Source: a virus. Taken from it: a DNA stretch of 64,000 nucleotides. Of the stretch, positions 8,919 to 18,517 are shown piece by piece. The notes under the pieces are model-generated. The model saw nothing but the letters and a program-made list of their open reading frames with translations, ran no database searches and had not been told where the DNA came from. Within the stretch, counting starts at the first letter, position 1. Each line of letters starts with the position of its first letter. The stretch is taken from positions 111 through 64,110 of IMG/VR virus record IMGVR_UViG_3300025689_000508; one strand, given 5' to 3'. The position numbers were made by a program, and so were the translations under genes.

Positions 8919-9505
8919 ACGTTATATTTTCTTTTGCTTATGTAAACCGGACGACCGATAAACAAGTCAAGGAACCGAACTTTGACTCCGGCTTCCTCAA
9001 ACATTTCTTTTGAAATAGCATTATTCCACTTCGGATCTTGAGAAAAAATTTCAACTGAGGGACGATGTAAAACAATCTCCTCAATTCCAGCCGACACGAT
9101 AATACCCGCACAAGTAGGACAAGGCCATGCACCAATATAAAGCGTGCTATGGTTGGTGGCAATCCCATATTTGGCAGCACAGGCAATGGCATTAGTTTCG
9201 GCATGAACTGTCCACAAATACTTGTTATCAGTGTTTAATCTCTCAGCCGAATCATAAACTTTTGGAGGGAGACCGTTATAACCAAACAAAATTGGGCGTT
9301 TTTCTTTTACAATAACCGCACCAAATTTTGTTGACGGGTCTTTAGATTTTGTTGCTACTTCCGCCGCCAGCCGCATGAAATACATGTCCCATGAAGGTGG
9401 AACATAATCCGTGAAAGGTTCACCAAGAATTCCTGCCACAGGTTCGCCCCTTTGGTCCAGATATTCCTGTTCTACTTTAATTCCGCATGATTGATCAGGA
9501 TTCAT
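8915..9505 (-). CDS. dCMP deaminase
   Basis: SKDPSTKFGA, GYNG, HAETNAI, PCPTC zinc motifs. Confidence 0.9.
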   Translation of the reverse strand: MNPDQSCGIKVEQEYLDQRGEPVAGILGEPFTDYVPPSWDMYFMRLAAEVATKSKDPSTKFGAVIVKEKRPILFGYNGLPPKVYDSAERLNTDNKYLWTVHAETNAIACAAKYGIATNHSTLYIGAWPCPTCAGIIVSAGIEEIVLHRPSVEIFSQDPKWNNAISKEMFEEAGVKVRFLDLFIGRPVYISKRKYNV

Positions 9506-9704
9506 TGAGTTTATTTAGTTCGTTGGATGACAAAGGTCTATTTGGACAACGGTGTGGAGCTTTCTTTTCGTAAAGCACCCACATACCATTAATCGTTTTC
9601 CAGCGGAGGTTTTTCTTGCCGCAAAAACGGCATAAAGGTTTTATCCGCTTCGATGACACTTTGCCCATATTCCGGAACATAACAAACCAATGAAAAAAAG
9701 TCAA
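9495..9704 (-). CDS. Small zinc-ribbon-like hypothetical protein
   Basis: CRFCG...HRC. Confidence 0.45.
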   Translation of the reverse strand: MTFFHWFVMFRNMGKVSSKRIKPLCRFCGKKNLRWKTINGMWVLYEKKAPHRCPNRPLSSNELNKLNES

Positions 9705-9749
9705 GCAGAAAAATCAATTCTTTGCTCCAAAACAAATATACCAGCACGA

Positions 9750-10451
9750 TTACGATAAAGTCGCTCGTTGAGCCATTGTTTTTAGCATAAACATTATGGC
9801 ATACTTGAGGATACGCTTGTATGCTGTGGGGTTTCCTTTTTGAATCATTATTGTTTCTGGACTCATGAGACCATTTTGTTGGAGCCACTTGATAATCTGT
9901 TGTGGTTTAACCTTTTTGAGGTTTCTCTTTATCCATTCTATTTCCCCTCGTGCCAATGCCATCTGTTCCCATTTAATGTCATGATATGCCGTCGCTTTGT
10001 ACATTTTTCGAAGAGCCGGTGTGGCCATTCCCTTGTATTGTTTTTTCTGAATTTCAATATCTTGTTTGACGTGGACCCATTCGTGATAAATGCTTTCGGC
10101 AACACCATCCCAATCGATTTTTTGAATTCGTAACGGTCTAAAACGATTTGAAACATTATGGGCAAGATTAATAAATACCTCTTTTTGCCCATCACCTTCG
10201 AGAGATGGAATGTATCCTGCCTTAATACCATTATCAGGTTCGTAAATGAACCTCCAAAATACAGAGTTCAATTTATACTTAGGTGCGAGAACATCATTAG
10301 TGTGGTTTTTCAGTGCCGCACAGATAGCATTACTAGATGCGTTTTTGTAAAGATCGGAATGCCTCTTATAGAAACGTTCCAATGCTTTTACCATCGCATC
10401 AATTGCTTTTTCTTCTTGTGGCGGTATGTTGACGACACCTTCTAAGAGCAT
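9750..10451 (-). CDS. HExxH-containing protein (putative metallopeptidase-like)
   Basis: SIYHEWVH followed by a downstream WEQMA; start inferred just after a TATTTAT motif. Confidence 0.55.
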   Translation of the reverse strand: MLLEGVVNIPPQEEKAIDAMVKALERFYKRHSDLYKNASSNAICAALKNHTNDVLAPKYKLNSVFWRFIYEPDNGIKAGYIPSLEGDGQKEVFINLAHNVSNRFRPLRIQKIDWDGVAESIYHEWVHVKQDIEIQKKQYKGMATPALRKMYKATAYHDIKWEQMALARGEIEWIKRNLKKVKPQQIIKWLQQNGLMSPETIMIQKGNPTAYKRILKYAIMFMLKTMAQRATLS

Positions 10452-10517
10452 ACGTATAAATATGCCCATTAAGTCGGTTTTTGTCGCCTTTTTGATAAAA
10501 ATTTTGACCGATGAAGT

Positions 10518-10697
10518 TTATTCTTTCTCTTCGGCTTTCACTACACCGGACCACTCTTTGCAGTGTGAGCAGATACCGATTTGATTGAGGCGATCTCCAC
10601 AAATTTCTCCGTAAATGGGAGCACCACAGCATTCAGACAGAAACCGAGAATTAACTTCCAATTCATCGAATTCATTGAACTCTTCTATGTCTCTCAT
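10518..10697 (-). CDS. Small Cys-rich phage protein (59 aa, below ORF-track cutoff)
   Basis: Manual translation MRDIEEF...SECCGAPIYGE...GICSHCKEW. Confidence 0.6.
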   Translation of the reverse strand: MRDIEEFNEFDELEVNSRFLSECCGAPIYGEICGDRLNQIGICSHCKEWSGVVKAEEKE

Positions 10698-10757
10698 ACG
10701 TCTTTGTAATGTTTAATGAACTTATGAAAGTTTTATTCGTGTTCTTCCAATTCTGCT

Positions 10758-11096
10758 TTATAAAGCTGCCAACATTTCTTTAAGCTTTTTGCGAAGAGGT
10801 TGACGTTCCACTTTACCGTCCAAAGACCCATATTGGAGGTACTCATCAAGAACTTGAAGTATGGCATACATTTCTCGGTATTTTTCAGCGAAACGAGCGT
10901 TTGCTTGCATAGCGATAACTTCGTTTTTGGTTATACCTAAGTAGTTGTCATCTTCACCACACAACTCATCTGCCTTGGCCTTTGCCAGTTTCATCGCCTC
11001 GTCATCGAGTTCTCTTAAAGTTCTCATATCATCAATAATATCAATTCCAGTACAAAAGTCAAGCGGGAAGTTTCCTTCCCGCTTGATTCGCAGCAA
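10758..11096 (-). CDS. Hypothetical protein (true start probably internal, MRTLRE)
   Basis: ORF track; upstream part overlaps a TTGACT motif. Confidence 0.5.
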   Translation of the reverse strand: MLRIKREGNFPLDFCTGIDIIDDMRTLRELDDEAMKLAKAKADELCGEDDNYLGITKNEVIAMQANARFAEKYREMYAILQVLDEYLQYGSLDGKVERQPLRKKLKEMLAAL

Positions 11097-11108
11097 ACGA
11101 ATTACGAG

Positions 11109-11741
11109 CTAAAGCTGATATCCAAGTGAAATGGCAATATTTTTACACTCACGACGGGAAAGGCCCGTGCTGCGATCTCGCCGCTTAATAGCGGACTGGA
11201 TTTGTCGAAGGGTAGGCTTCTTGCCAATCTTATTGCAGTTGATAAGATAGAGATTAATACGACGAATCAGTTCCGCCATGTCAAGTTGAATAGTCCTTTT
11301 TGCCGAAGGTGCCGGTGCCGAAACAACCCGATTAGGATTAATTGGAGGAAGCGTGACTGCTGTCGGAAGGGAAGTTGGAACCTGAGTTGAAGCCGGAGTC
11401 TGGGCCGGAGTCGTCAAACCGAAGTTCGGATCAGCCGAAAACACCCGATATCCGAGGTTCGGATTATAATGATAATTCAGCGGTGGAAGACCGTTAGCGA
11501 GGCAATTCTGGTACAATTGTTCAAAAATTGCATCTACCTCACTTTTGCGAACATTGAACCGATTGGTGGCACCGGGATTGGTGTCCTCAATCTCAGGAAT
11601 CTCCAAAAGGCCGTCATTGCACTTCTGGCGAAGAGCCTTGGTGATGTCGTAGCGAGAGAAAGTCTGTCCAGAGTTGACGAATTCCTGAACTTGCATGAGG
11701 ACAGCCGTTTGCAGATTTACCGACGGAATTTGATTGCACAT
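11109..11741 (-). CDS. Hypothetical protein with Pro/Thr-rich linker
   Basis: 210-aa ORF, two domains joined by TTPAQTPASTQVPTSLP. Confidence 0.65.
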   Translation of the reverse strand: MCNQIPSVNLQTAVLMQVQEFVNSGQTFSRYDITKALRQKCNDGLLEIPEIEDTNPGATNRFNVRKSEVDAIFEQLYQNCLANGLPPLNYHYNPNLGYRVFSADPNFGLTTPAQTPASTQVPTSLPTAVTLPPINPNRVVSAPAPSAKRTIQLDMAELIRRINLYLINCNKIGKKPTLRQIQSAIKRRDRSTGLSRRECKNIAISLGYQL

Positions 11742-11864
11742 ATATTTGGTTGTTTATTTTGGACCTATTGTTTCTTACAAATCCGTTTTGTATTTTATGT
11801 TGGTTGTATTATATGGATTTTCGGGAAAATGTCAAGCTTTTTATTTGTTTTCAACACTCACGAA

Positions 11865-12074
11865 TTATCCCACCGAGTAAGCTTCTACAATTTTGCCTTG
11901 TAAGTTGACGATATCAACTTGATCAGCACCGGAGGGACTAAGGCGACCTTTGTAACGTTCTTGTACAAAAGCACGAGCTTGTTCCAAAGTGTCTTTCTCT
12001 TCAATTAGGATAGTCTCATTGTCAAACGTATCCCAATGATAGATACCGAAATTCTTTGTGTGTGAAATAGGCAT
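11865..12074 (-). CDS. Hypothetical protein
   Basis: 69-aa ORF directly downstream of PARP. Confidence 0.55.
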   Translation of the reverse strand: MPISHTKNFGIYHWDTFDNETILIEEKDTLEQARAFVQERYKGRLSPSGADQVDIVNLQGKIVEAYSVG

Positions 12075-12075
12075 A

Positions 12076-13362
12076 TTACTTTTTACATTCTAAAAGGTGA
12101 GTGATTTTGACCTGACTATTACGATAGACAACAAATTCGTCATTATACAAATCGGCCCCGCCTTTGGCGTAGATGGAGTCATAACCGGGATCGGCACCAT
12201 TAAGTTTCTGTTTGGTAACCTGTTGAATTCGACCCATAGCAAACTGACAGACAAACAACCAAGCCGCATCTCCCTTGCCGCCTTGACCCCAATGTCCAAT
12301 GCTATAATTCAGCGATTTGGTCGAAACATTAGCACCATAGATACCATTGCCAAACATCTTACCGGCAATCGCAGCAGTGCTTGGAGGGGAAGTTCGAAGA
12401 CCAGTTTTGAGAATGGAAAGTACATTTGCCTGAGACGTACCATGCCAAACTTCCCTAATAGGAATAGTCTTGGATTCGAAAGCTTCCGTCATAGCGTGAA
12501 TGTTAACCGTGTAAATCTGAACAACACGATATCGAAACGCATCTCTATGCATCGGTTTTTTTGAAGTTTCGAACCACCGATTGAGACGGTCGTACTCCGG
12601 ACCAGCGGCGAGAATATCCAAATCCACTTGGAAAACCTGCTCCATGGGAGGTTGATTCCCCGATGGAGTAGTAGGTTTCTGAGTCTGCAATGCCTGATAA
12701 GAGGCTTCCAAAGAGTCTAATACATCAGATTGCTTCTGAACGGCAGTAATGTCGGGAAAGATAGTGTTAACGTCAAATCGTTTCATTCCCACATTTTGAG
12801 GGACAATCCGCATATAACGATTAAACGCATCCCGTACTTTAGTTGAAGTATAATCTCGGCGAGACACACCTTGATTGATAACCATTAAAAGATTGCGAGC
12901 CTCAGTAATACCATCGGGGGTAACGATACCCAGAGGAGTGGAAAACAATCCCGTGCTGGAATTGAAAGTAATTTGGGTAGAAGACGTAATACGATGAACA
13001 TTGGCTTCCACCAAACGGTCAATAAGTCGATTTAAGGTCGGACTGCCAGATTTGGCAATTTGGGCTCGGGCGATTTGCTTTAATTCAGATTTTTCCACTA
13101 TTTTACCATGAGTCGTCACTGAGGAAGTGGGGCCTCCCACAGTCTTCAATTCAGTATAGCCCTTTCTGGCCTTTTCACGTTGCTTTTCAAGAAGGAAAGA
13201 TCTTCCGGCACCGGGAAACAATTTGGATTGACCAGAGTGACCGACACGGCCCCAAAGGGTTTCTACATCACCACTATCATAAAGTCTCCCGGTCCACCAA
13301 CGATTCATATTTGAATCTGCCTCAACGTTGATTAACCGAATTTCTTCAATGACGCTTGCCAT
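12076..13362 (-). CDS. WGR-domain poly(ADP-ribose) polymerase-like ADP-ribosyltransferase
   Basis: N-terminal WGRVG, helical middle domain, catalytic WHGT, GKMFGNGIYGA, KSLNY, YNDEFVVY (H-Y-E triad). Confidence 0.9.
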   Translation of the reverse strand: MASVIEEIRLINVEADSNMNRWWTGRLYDSGDVETLWGRVGHSGQSKLFPGAGRSFLLEKQREKARKGYTELKTVGGPTSSVTTHGKIVEKSELKQIARAQIAKSGSPTLNRLIDRLVEANVHRITSSTQITFNSSTGLFSTPLGIVTPDGITEARNLLMVINQGVSRRDYTSTKVRDAFNRYMRIVPQNVGMKRFDVNTIFPDITAVQKQSDVLDSLEASYQALQTQKPTTPSGNQPPMEQVFQVDLDILAAGPEYDRLNRWFETSKKPMHRDAFRYRVVQIYTVNIHAMTEAFESKTIPIREVWHGTSQANVLSILKTGLRTSPPSTAAIAGKMFGNGIYGANVSTKSLNYSIGHWGQGGKGDAAWLFVCQFAMGRIQQVTKQKLNGADPGYDSIYAKGGADLYNDEFVVYRNSQVKITHLLECKK

Positions 13363-13455
13363 ATGATGCGAATTATACGAAGAGTTTAAAAAAAGTCAAT
13401 AAAAAGTTTTTCAACAACAGGATTTTTCCCGGTTCGCCAATATAGATGAATTGAT

Positions 13456-13941
13456 TCAAGCCAAATACTTCAATGCGAAGTAATTGATGGTTAAGTGGAG
13501 GAAGTTGTCAATTACGATATAAATCCAAATGGTGATAAAGAAATGCCGAGGTTTGCCCCACCACTGAGGATAGACACGTTCAACATTATTCTGAATTTTC
13601 ATCCCATCAACTGCAAAAATATCCCTTTGAGCAGCCGTAGTATAAGGTGAATCGTCGTAGTGTCCTGTAGCATCACAATATTCATAGGGAGGATATTTTC
13701 CCGTGGGAAAGTGATTCTTTAACCAAATTAATCGCTTCAAAGGAGTATGAAATCGGTCAATAAAGAAATGCGTCACTCCGATAACCAACAATGCCTTCCA
13801 ACTTGTGGTAAGCAGAAGGAAACAGGAAGTATAAATAAGAACGTGAACGAGACAAGGAATGGTTCGTTTACTCTTGTTCAGTGCCATCCAGTCTGATTGA
13901 AGAACAAAGTCTCCTAATATATGAACTAAGAGTTGATTCAT
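13456..13941 (-). CDS. DUF3307-like membrane protein
   Basis: HILGDFVLQSDWMA...K, HVLIY, THFFID, DNFLH. Confidence 0.75.
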   Translation of the reverse strand: MNQLLVHILGDFVLQSDWMALNKSKRTIPCLVHVLIYTSCFLLLTTSWKALLVIGVTHFFIDRFHTPLKRLIWLKNHFPTGKYPPYEYCDATGHYDDSPYTTAAQRDIFAVDGMKIQNNVERVYPQWWGKPRHFFITIWIYIVIDNFLHLTINYFALKYLA

Positions 13942-15152
13942 AATATCCTTACATGTTTGATACCAAAGGCGTCTTTGAAATCAATTAAGGCTTGCTCGGC
14001 AGCGTAACCATAGCTTTCATCATTATGAATCGTCAAGATTTTTCCGTAATTATCCTTCTCAATAGCCTTGGAAATATGATAATGCTTTCGTTCATCACTA
14101 TATTGAGAGTGAATACGATGGGCAATTTGCTTGTCATTCAGGCCACGTCTTTTCAAACGCTCATACCGCAATTTGTCACTAGTTGTTACGAGAACAACAT
14201 TGTTATTGCAAATATGGGTCATTTTGAACTCAGCCAAAAGGGCGGCGTTAACTAAAATAATACCCTTGCGTCCTGCCAGAGAACGGCGAATGGCGGTCAT
14301 GAGGGGCTGATACATGATAGCATTCAGCTTCTCTCGTTTTCCAGCGTCAGCGAAGACTCGGTTTCCAAGTTCCACTCGCTCTTGTTCTGTAAGAATATCG
14401 GTCTCGCATTCCACCTGTCTCGATGAATCCAAAAAGAACGTATTGCGAATCGCTGCCCGAACTGCTTGATGGGCGGGAAGATTTACACTCTGAAACAGAA
14501 TAAATTGAGCCAATTTGTCAACGTCCAACTGTGAGACTTCTTCACTAGCCGACATCAGATGGTCACAATACCAATTTTTACCGGAGGCAATATTCCCAGT
14601 AACGCCGATAATTTGAACTCCATTCTTTACTTCAATGGCTCGCTTCACCCACAGCGGGACATATTCATGAATAAAACCAGCATGATTATACAATTCTTTC
14701 ACCGCCGTCGAGGAAATATGCGACAACTTTGGATCTCCACTAATAAAGTACGTTTCAATACCGTTCTGTTGCGAGACATTCACATCCCGTATTAGTTTCT
14801 CAAAATCATAGTCTGCCCAATTCCGAACACCCCGCACGATAGTATTAATATTGTAGTCAAAGGCCAAATCAGTGAGAAGCTTAGTTGAGTCTGATAAGGC
14901 AACCACGGTTATAATGGGATTTTTCAGATGGACGCCATTAACATTTGTGGGTCCAGAATTAACCACGAAAGGTCGCAGGGAATGTTGAACCATCTTCACC
15001 CGCTCCTCCAAAGTAAACATGTAATTCTTCGCCGGATTATTAGCCACAACCACCATCACATTAAACGTTTGGGTGGCTCGCTTGATAATGTCGATATGCC
15101 CGAAATGAATTGGGTCAAAACTTCCGGCGATAATTGCTCTAGCCTTTTCCAT
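13938..15152 (-). CDS. coaD: Fused phosphopantetheine adenylyltransferase (CoaD) - dephospho-CoA kinase (CoaE)
   Basis: AGSFDPIHFGH, IVRGVR, ISSTAVKEL; then IIGVTGNIASGK P-loop and CoaE-like lid. Confidence 0.85.
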   Translation of the reverse strand: MEKARAIIAGSFDPIHFGHIDIIKRATQTFNVMVVVANNPAKNYMFTLEERVKMVQHSLRPFVVNSGPTNVNGVHLKNPIITVVALSDSTKLLTDLAFDYNINTIVRGVRNWADYDFEKLIRDVNVSQQNGIETYFISGDPKLSHISSTAVKELYNHAGFIHEYVPLWVKRAIEVKNGVQIIGVTGNIASGKNWYCDHLMSASEEVSQLDVDKLAQFILFQSVNLPAHQAVRAAIRNTFFLDSSRQVECETDILTEQERVELGNRVFADAGKREKLNAIMYQPLMTAIRRSLAGRKGIILVNAALLAEFKMTHICNNNVVLVTTSDKLRYERLKRRGLNDKQIAHRIHSQYSDERKHYHISKAIEKDNYGKILTIHNDESYGYAAEQALIDFKDAFGIKHVRIL

Positions 15153-15921
15153 ACTTTTCCATTACTTCTTTGATTGAATCCTTCCAAGCAACCTTGGGGT
15201 GGTCTTTCAACTTATCAATCAACCACAAGATATTTTCATCGGATTGCATGGCAATGATTCTATCACATTTTTCTTTGACAATAGCATCAGTCTTGACAAC
15301 TCTACTGTCAACCTTATTCATCTTACCAATCCAAATCTTGTCGGTGACGTGGAAAGACATTCTATCAAACAATTCCAATGTCTCTTCTACCGTGCCTAAC
15401 ATTGGTTCCATGCTGACGCTCGTGGCAAATCCCTCTTTGTATGCCCAAAATAAACAAGCCAATCTTTCTTTAATAGAGGGGGCTCCCGGTTCCCAAAACT
15501 TAGCGGTATCTTCGTCAGATGTTCCAATGGTAAATCGAAACAAAATTTGCCCTCTCCAGAATGCCAATGTTTCACACAAAGCCTTGATACATTCCAAATG
15601 AGGTTTAGATACAATTAAAACGTTATTACCATTGGCCAACAATTTGGTTAACGTTTCGATGGCGGGAACTAAATAGAAAGGAGTAATGTCATGGGTTGTC
15701 GGGAACATGACCCACCCCTTTTTCTTATCAGTGGCAGGAAACTGAGTTTTCAACTTCTCGGAGGTCCATTCGGTATCCGATTTGATTTTACCGTCTCGTT
15801 TGGCTATGGACCTTGCATAGCAATATCTGCAACCATGAGAACAACCAGTTCCAATATTATAGCTGAATTCGGCCCATTCTCTTGTTCCTGTCTTTCTCTT
15901 GTTCACGGTTCGTACCTGCAA
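15139..15921 (-). CDS. Radical SAM protein (spore photoproduct lyase/DUF5131-like)
   Basis: GCSHGCRYCYA CxxxCxxC; SMEPM. Confidence 0.75.
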   Translation of the reverse strand: MQVRTVNKRKTGTREWAEFSYNIGTGCSHGCRYCYARSIAKRDGKIKSDTEWTSEKLKTQFPATDKKKGWVMFPTTHDITPFYLVPAIETLTKLLANGNNVLIVSKPHLECIKALCETLAFWRGQILFRFTIGTSDEDTAKFWEPGAPSIKERLACLFWAYKEGFATSVSMEPMLGTVEETLELFDRMSFHVTDKIWIGKMNKVDSRVVKTDAIVKEKCDRIIAMQSDENILWLIDKLKDHPKVAWKDSIKEVMEKYGKG

Positions 15922-16385
15922 ATGTAAAGGTCAAGGTCGGTTTCGTCTTTGAAAATCGTATCGATAATTGCTCGCACAATTCGCCAGTCACCACCTCCCA
16001 ATGTACAACCCATATTATATGGTAGGCCCAATTTTGTCAAGCCTTTCGATATGGCATGATTCTTAACCCTTTCAAGTCCTTCAACCATAGGATCATACAA
16101 GGTTTGTCGTCCATGACCAAAAGTATATTGACTGTAGAGATTGTAAATTAATTTTCCGGGATATTTCTTTGCCTCAGCATAAGTGAATGTACCCAATTTA
16201 CTTCGGTCCCCATACGCAGAATTTCGCTTGTCTGCCTCATACGTCTCTGGAAATGTATCCCGAATCTGTTTGGCGATACCTGCTCCGAAAGTATGAAAAC
16301 AGTTTGCTTGGTGGACAATTCCCGAAGGAGTTTCCTGTTCAACAAGCCATGTGAGCAAATTCTGATTTTCCAAACTATAAATCAT
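15903..16385 (-). CDS. Macrodomain (ADP-ribose binding/hydrolase, Poa1p/T4 Tk.4-like)
   Basis: IVHQANCFHTFGAGIAKQI, NLYSQY, PYNMGCTLGGGDW. Confidence 0.9.
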   Translation of the reverse strand: MIYSLENQNLLTWLVEQETPSGIVHQANCFHTFGAGIAKQIRDTFPETYEADKRNSAYGDRSKLGTFTYAEAKKYPGKLIYNLYSQYTFGHGRQTLYDPMVEGLERVKNHAISKGLTKLGLPYNMGCTLGGGDWRIVRAIIDTIFKDETDLDLYICRYEP

Positions 16386-16424
16386 ATCCTGATTATACCC
16401 CAGTAAAGGAGAAAGTCAAGGAGA

Positions 16425-16754
16425 TTATAGTCGTATCTTGCTCTTTCGGCGTTTTGAAACTTCGTTAAACTTTTGGATTATAGCCTTTTCAAGATTAATT
16501 CCGGCAGCAGCGGCCAAAAGATCGGCGTACACCACAACATCAGCTATTTCTTTTCCAAGCTCTTTAATGTCCTTTTTTCCTCCTCGGTCACCCCGAAGCA
16601 TTTTCTTTGTAAGGTTACAAGCTTCTCCACATTCCCCGGCCATGGCATTAGACCATTCAGCCAGAGACCAATCAGAAAGACATCGCTTAAACGCTTCTCG
16701 ACAACGACGAACATTAGTTTCTCGTAAACGACGAAATGTCAAAGGTTCTTTCAT
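16425..16754 (-). CDS. MazG-like nucleotide pyrophosphohydrolase
   Basis: GECGEACN...KELGKEIADVVVYADL...KFNEVS. Confidence 0.85.
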   Translation of the reverse strand: MKEPLTFRRLRETNVRRCREAFKRCLSDWSLAEWSNAMAGECGEACNLTKKMLRGDRGGKKDIKELGKEIADVVVYADLLAAAAGINLEKAIIQKFNEVSKRRKSKIRL

Positions 16755-16814
16755 TGTTTTCTAGTTCCTTGATTTTGGAAAACCTTATCGATTGGAAAAA
16801 TTTCTTTTCTTAGT

Positions 16815-17042
16815 TCACCGTTTCCAAGGATAGCATTTACGGCAAGGAATAAGTTCGTTGGTTGCAGAATCTTTTCCGACAAATCCACGCCCATAACACC
16901 GTTTACAGTTCTTTTTTGGTGGCCACGGAGCACGAAGTTTGTTACCTTCTTTGTCTTCCAAAACAACTGGACCTTTTGGCTCCGGTGGTTTCGGCTTTCC
17001 TACAACTGTACTTTCCAGCGTGTATTCTACTTGTTCGTTCAT
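16815..17042 (-). CDS. Small protein with CxxCxGxG zinc motif
   Basis: CKRCYGRG...CRKC. Confidence 0.55.
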   Translation of the reverse strand: MNEQVEYTLESTVVGKPKPPEPKGPVVLEDKEGNKLRAPWPPKKNCKRCYGRGFVGKDSATNELIPCRKCYPWKR

Positions 17043-17473
17043 ACGTCAAAAAATTCGAATTCAGTCTGTGGGATTTTGTAAAAGTATTCGCCTTTTTTCA
17101 TGAAGCAATTACTCGATTCTTTTGGGCTTTGTAGTTTTATAAATCGTTGAATTTTGGCGGCACTTATGAAACCGAGACGTTTATAATTCTTGGATAGAAT
17201 AACATAATGAATGTTGCCATCCTTAAAAAACTTCGCCTTTCTTTCCGGAACATTTACTTCGTCATATGGGAAATCACGCTTATTCCAACTATTTCGATGT
17301 TCCACTTCGACTCTTAACTTACCATCTTCCGTAATCAGGTCGATGTCACATTTGTTTGGATGATCAACGAGAATTATATCTCTCTCGGCGAAAAACTTCT
17401 TTACGACAATTCTTGATTTTGGGTCATTATTCGCATGAAGTTGCTTATCAAACGGTTTGCTTCTTCCGATCAT
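17039..17473 (-). CDS. PD-(D/E)XK nuclease-like protein
   Basis: IDLI...VEVEHR pattern. Confidence 0.55.
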   Translation of the reverse strand: MIGRSKPFDKQLHANNDPKSRIVVKKFFAERDIILVDHPNKCDIDLITEDGKLRVEVEHRNSWNKRDFPYDEVNVPERKAKFFKDGNIHYVILSKNYKRLGFISAAKIQRFIKLQSPKESSNCFMKKGEYFYKIPQTEFEFFDV

Positions 17474-18077
17474 TACGTCTATCTTTTTTAACTAATTTCC
17501 ATAGTTTAACCATGGTTTCATCACGGTTCTCCAAATGATTTTGTTTCAAATGGGATTCAACGCAGTGGGGACACGTTGTTCGAATCCACCCACCACTACT
17601 TTGTGTCACGAACTCATTGGTAACACCACATTCTTCACAGGTTCGATATGCCATTGCTTCTGCCATTCCAACAAGACCACGAATATAATCATCTCCGCCA
17701 GAATAATAAAAACGAAGTCCTCCAAATTTTTCTTTAACTTGGTGAGCCACAACTTGAGGAACGGGCGGTCCCGGCTCAAATAGCTCTCTCCAATAAATCC
17801 ACTGATCTGGAAAATGTAGAGTTTCCACAATCCAATTCCATACACGAGCACAATAAATTCTAAATGTCTTTTTGTAAATATATGGAGGATTGTCAATGTA
17901 ATTCTGAATACGAGTACAAAGAGCATCTAAAATAAAGAACCAACCGTCTCCACAATCCATTCCCCATGCCATACATGTTTTACGTGGGTCTCCACCATAA
18001 TCGGCAAAAATTTTGGGGTATTTTTTTACCAAATACTCTTCAAGGTGTCTATTCATAATATTCTTTCCAGAAACCAA
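17448..18077 (-). CDS. Conserved phage hypothetical protein
   Basis: CGDGW, QVKEKFGGLRFY, CEECG...W..T.C, recurrent in large phages. Confidence 0.75.
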   Translation of the reverse strand: MVSGKNIMNRHLEEYLVKKYPKIFADYGGDPRKTCMAWGMDCGDGWFFILDALCTRIQNYIDNPPYIYKKTFRIYCARVWNWIVETLHFPDQWIYWRELFEPGPPVPQVVAHQVKEKFGGLRFYYSGGDDYIRGLVGMAEAMAYRTCEECGVTNEFVTQSSGGWIRTTCPHCVESHLKQNHLENRDETMVKLWKLVKKDRRNDRKKQTV

Positions 18078-18094
18078 CCATTCCCTTTATTATG

Positions 18095-18388
18095 TTAAGG
18101 TAAAGGCGGATAATTTTGTTTTCCCAGTATTTTCCCGATCATTTCTTCCATTTCAGCTTCGACTAATTTGTCTTCTGCTAATTCGGATTCTTTTAATGAG
18201 TCTGCACCTGTGAAGTTTGTGTTGCCCTGTAGTGTTTTCCGAATAATATCAGCCATGACCATTATCAGGTTATCCGCACCATTCGGATTGTCTGTTGCAA
18301 ACCCACGACGGTCTAGTTCATCGGCAATTTGTTTAGCGGCTTCAATGTAGGTAGCGGTTGCCATACTTTCAATCAAATTTTTGTTCAT
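18095..18388 (-). CDS. Hypothetical protein
   Basis: 97-aa ORF; ATG overlaps a TATTTAT motif. Confidence 0.55.
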   Translation of the reverse strand: MNKNLIESMATATYIEAAKQIADELDRRGFATDNPNGADNLIMVMADIIRKTLQGNTNFTGADSLKESELAEDKLVEAEMEEMIGKILGKQNYPPLP

Positions 18389-18517
18389 AAATATAAAAGC
18401 CTTTCTGTGATATCGCCTGAGAACGTATCACAGAAAGGCGTGAAGGTCAACTTATTATAGTGAATTGATCTTGGACTCTACCAAAAACCCCTACGCTTTT
18501 AGGGTGGGTGTGGTTGA

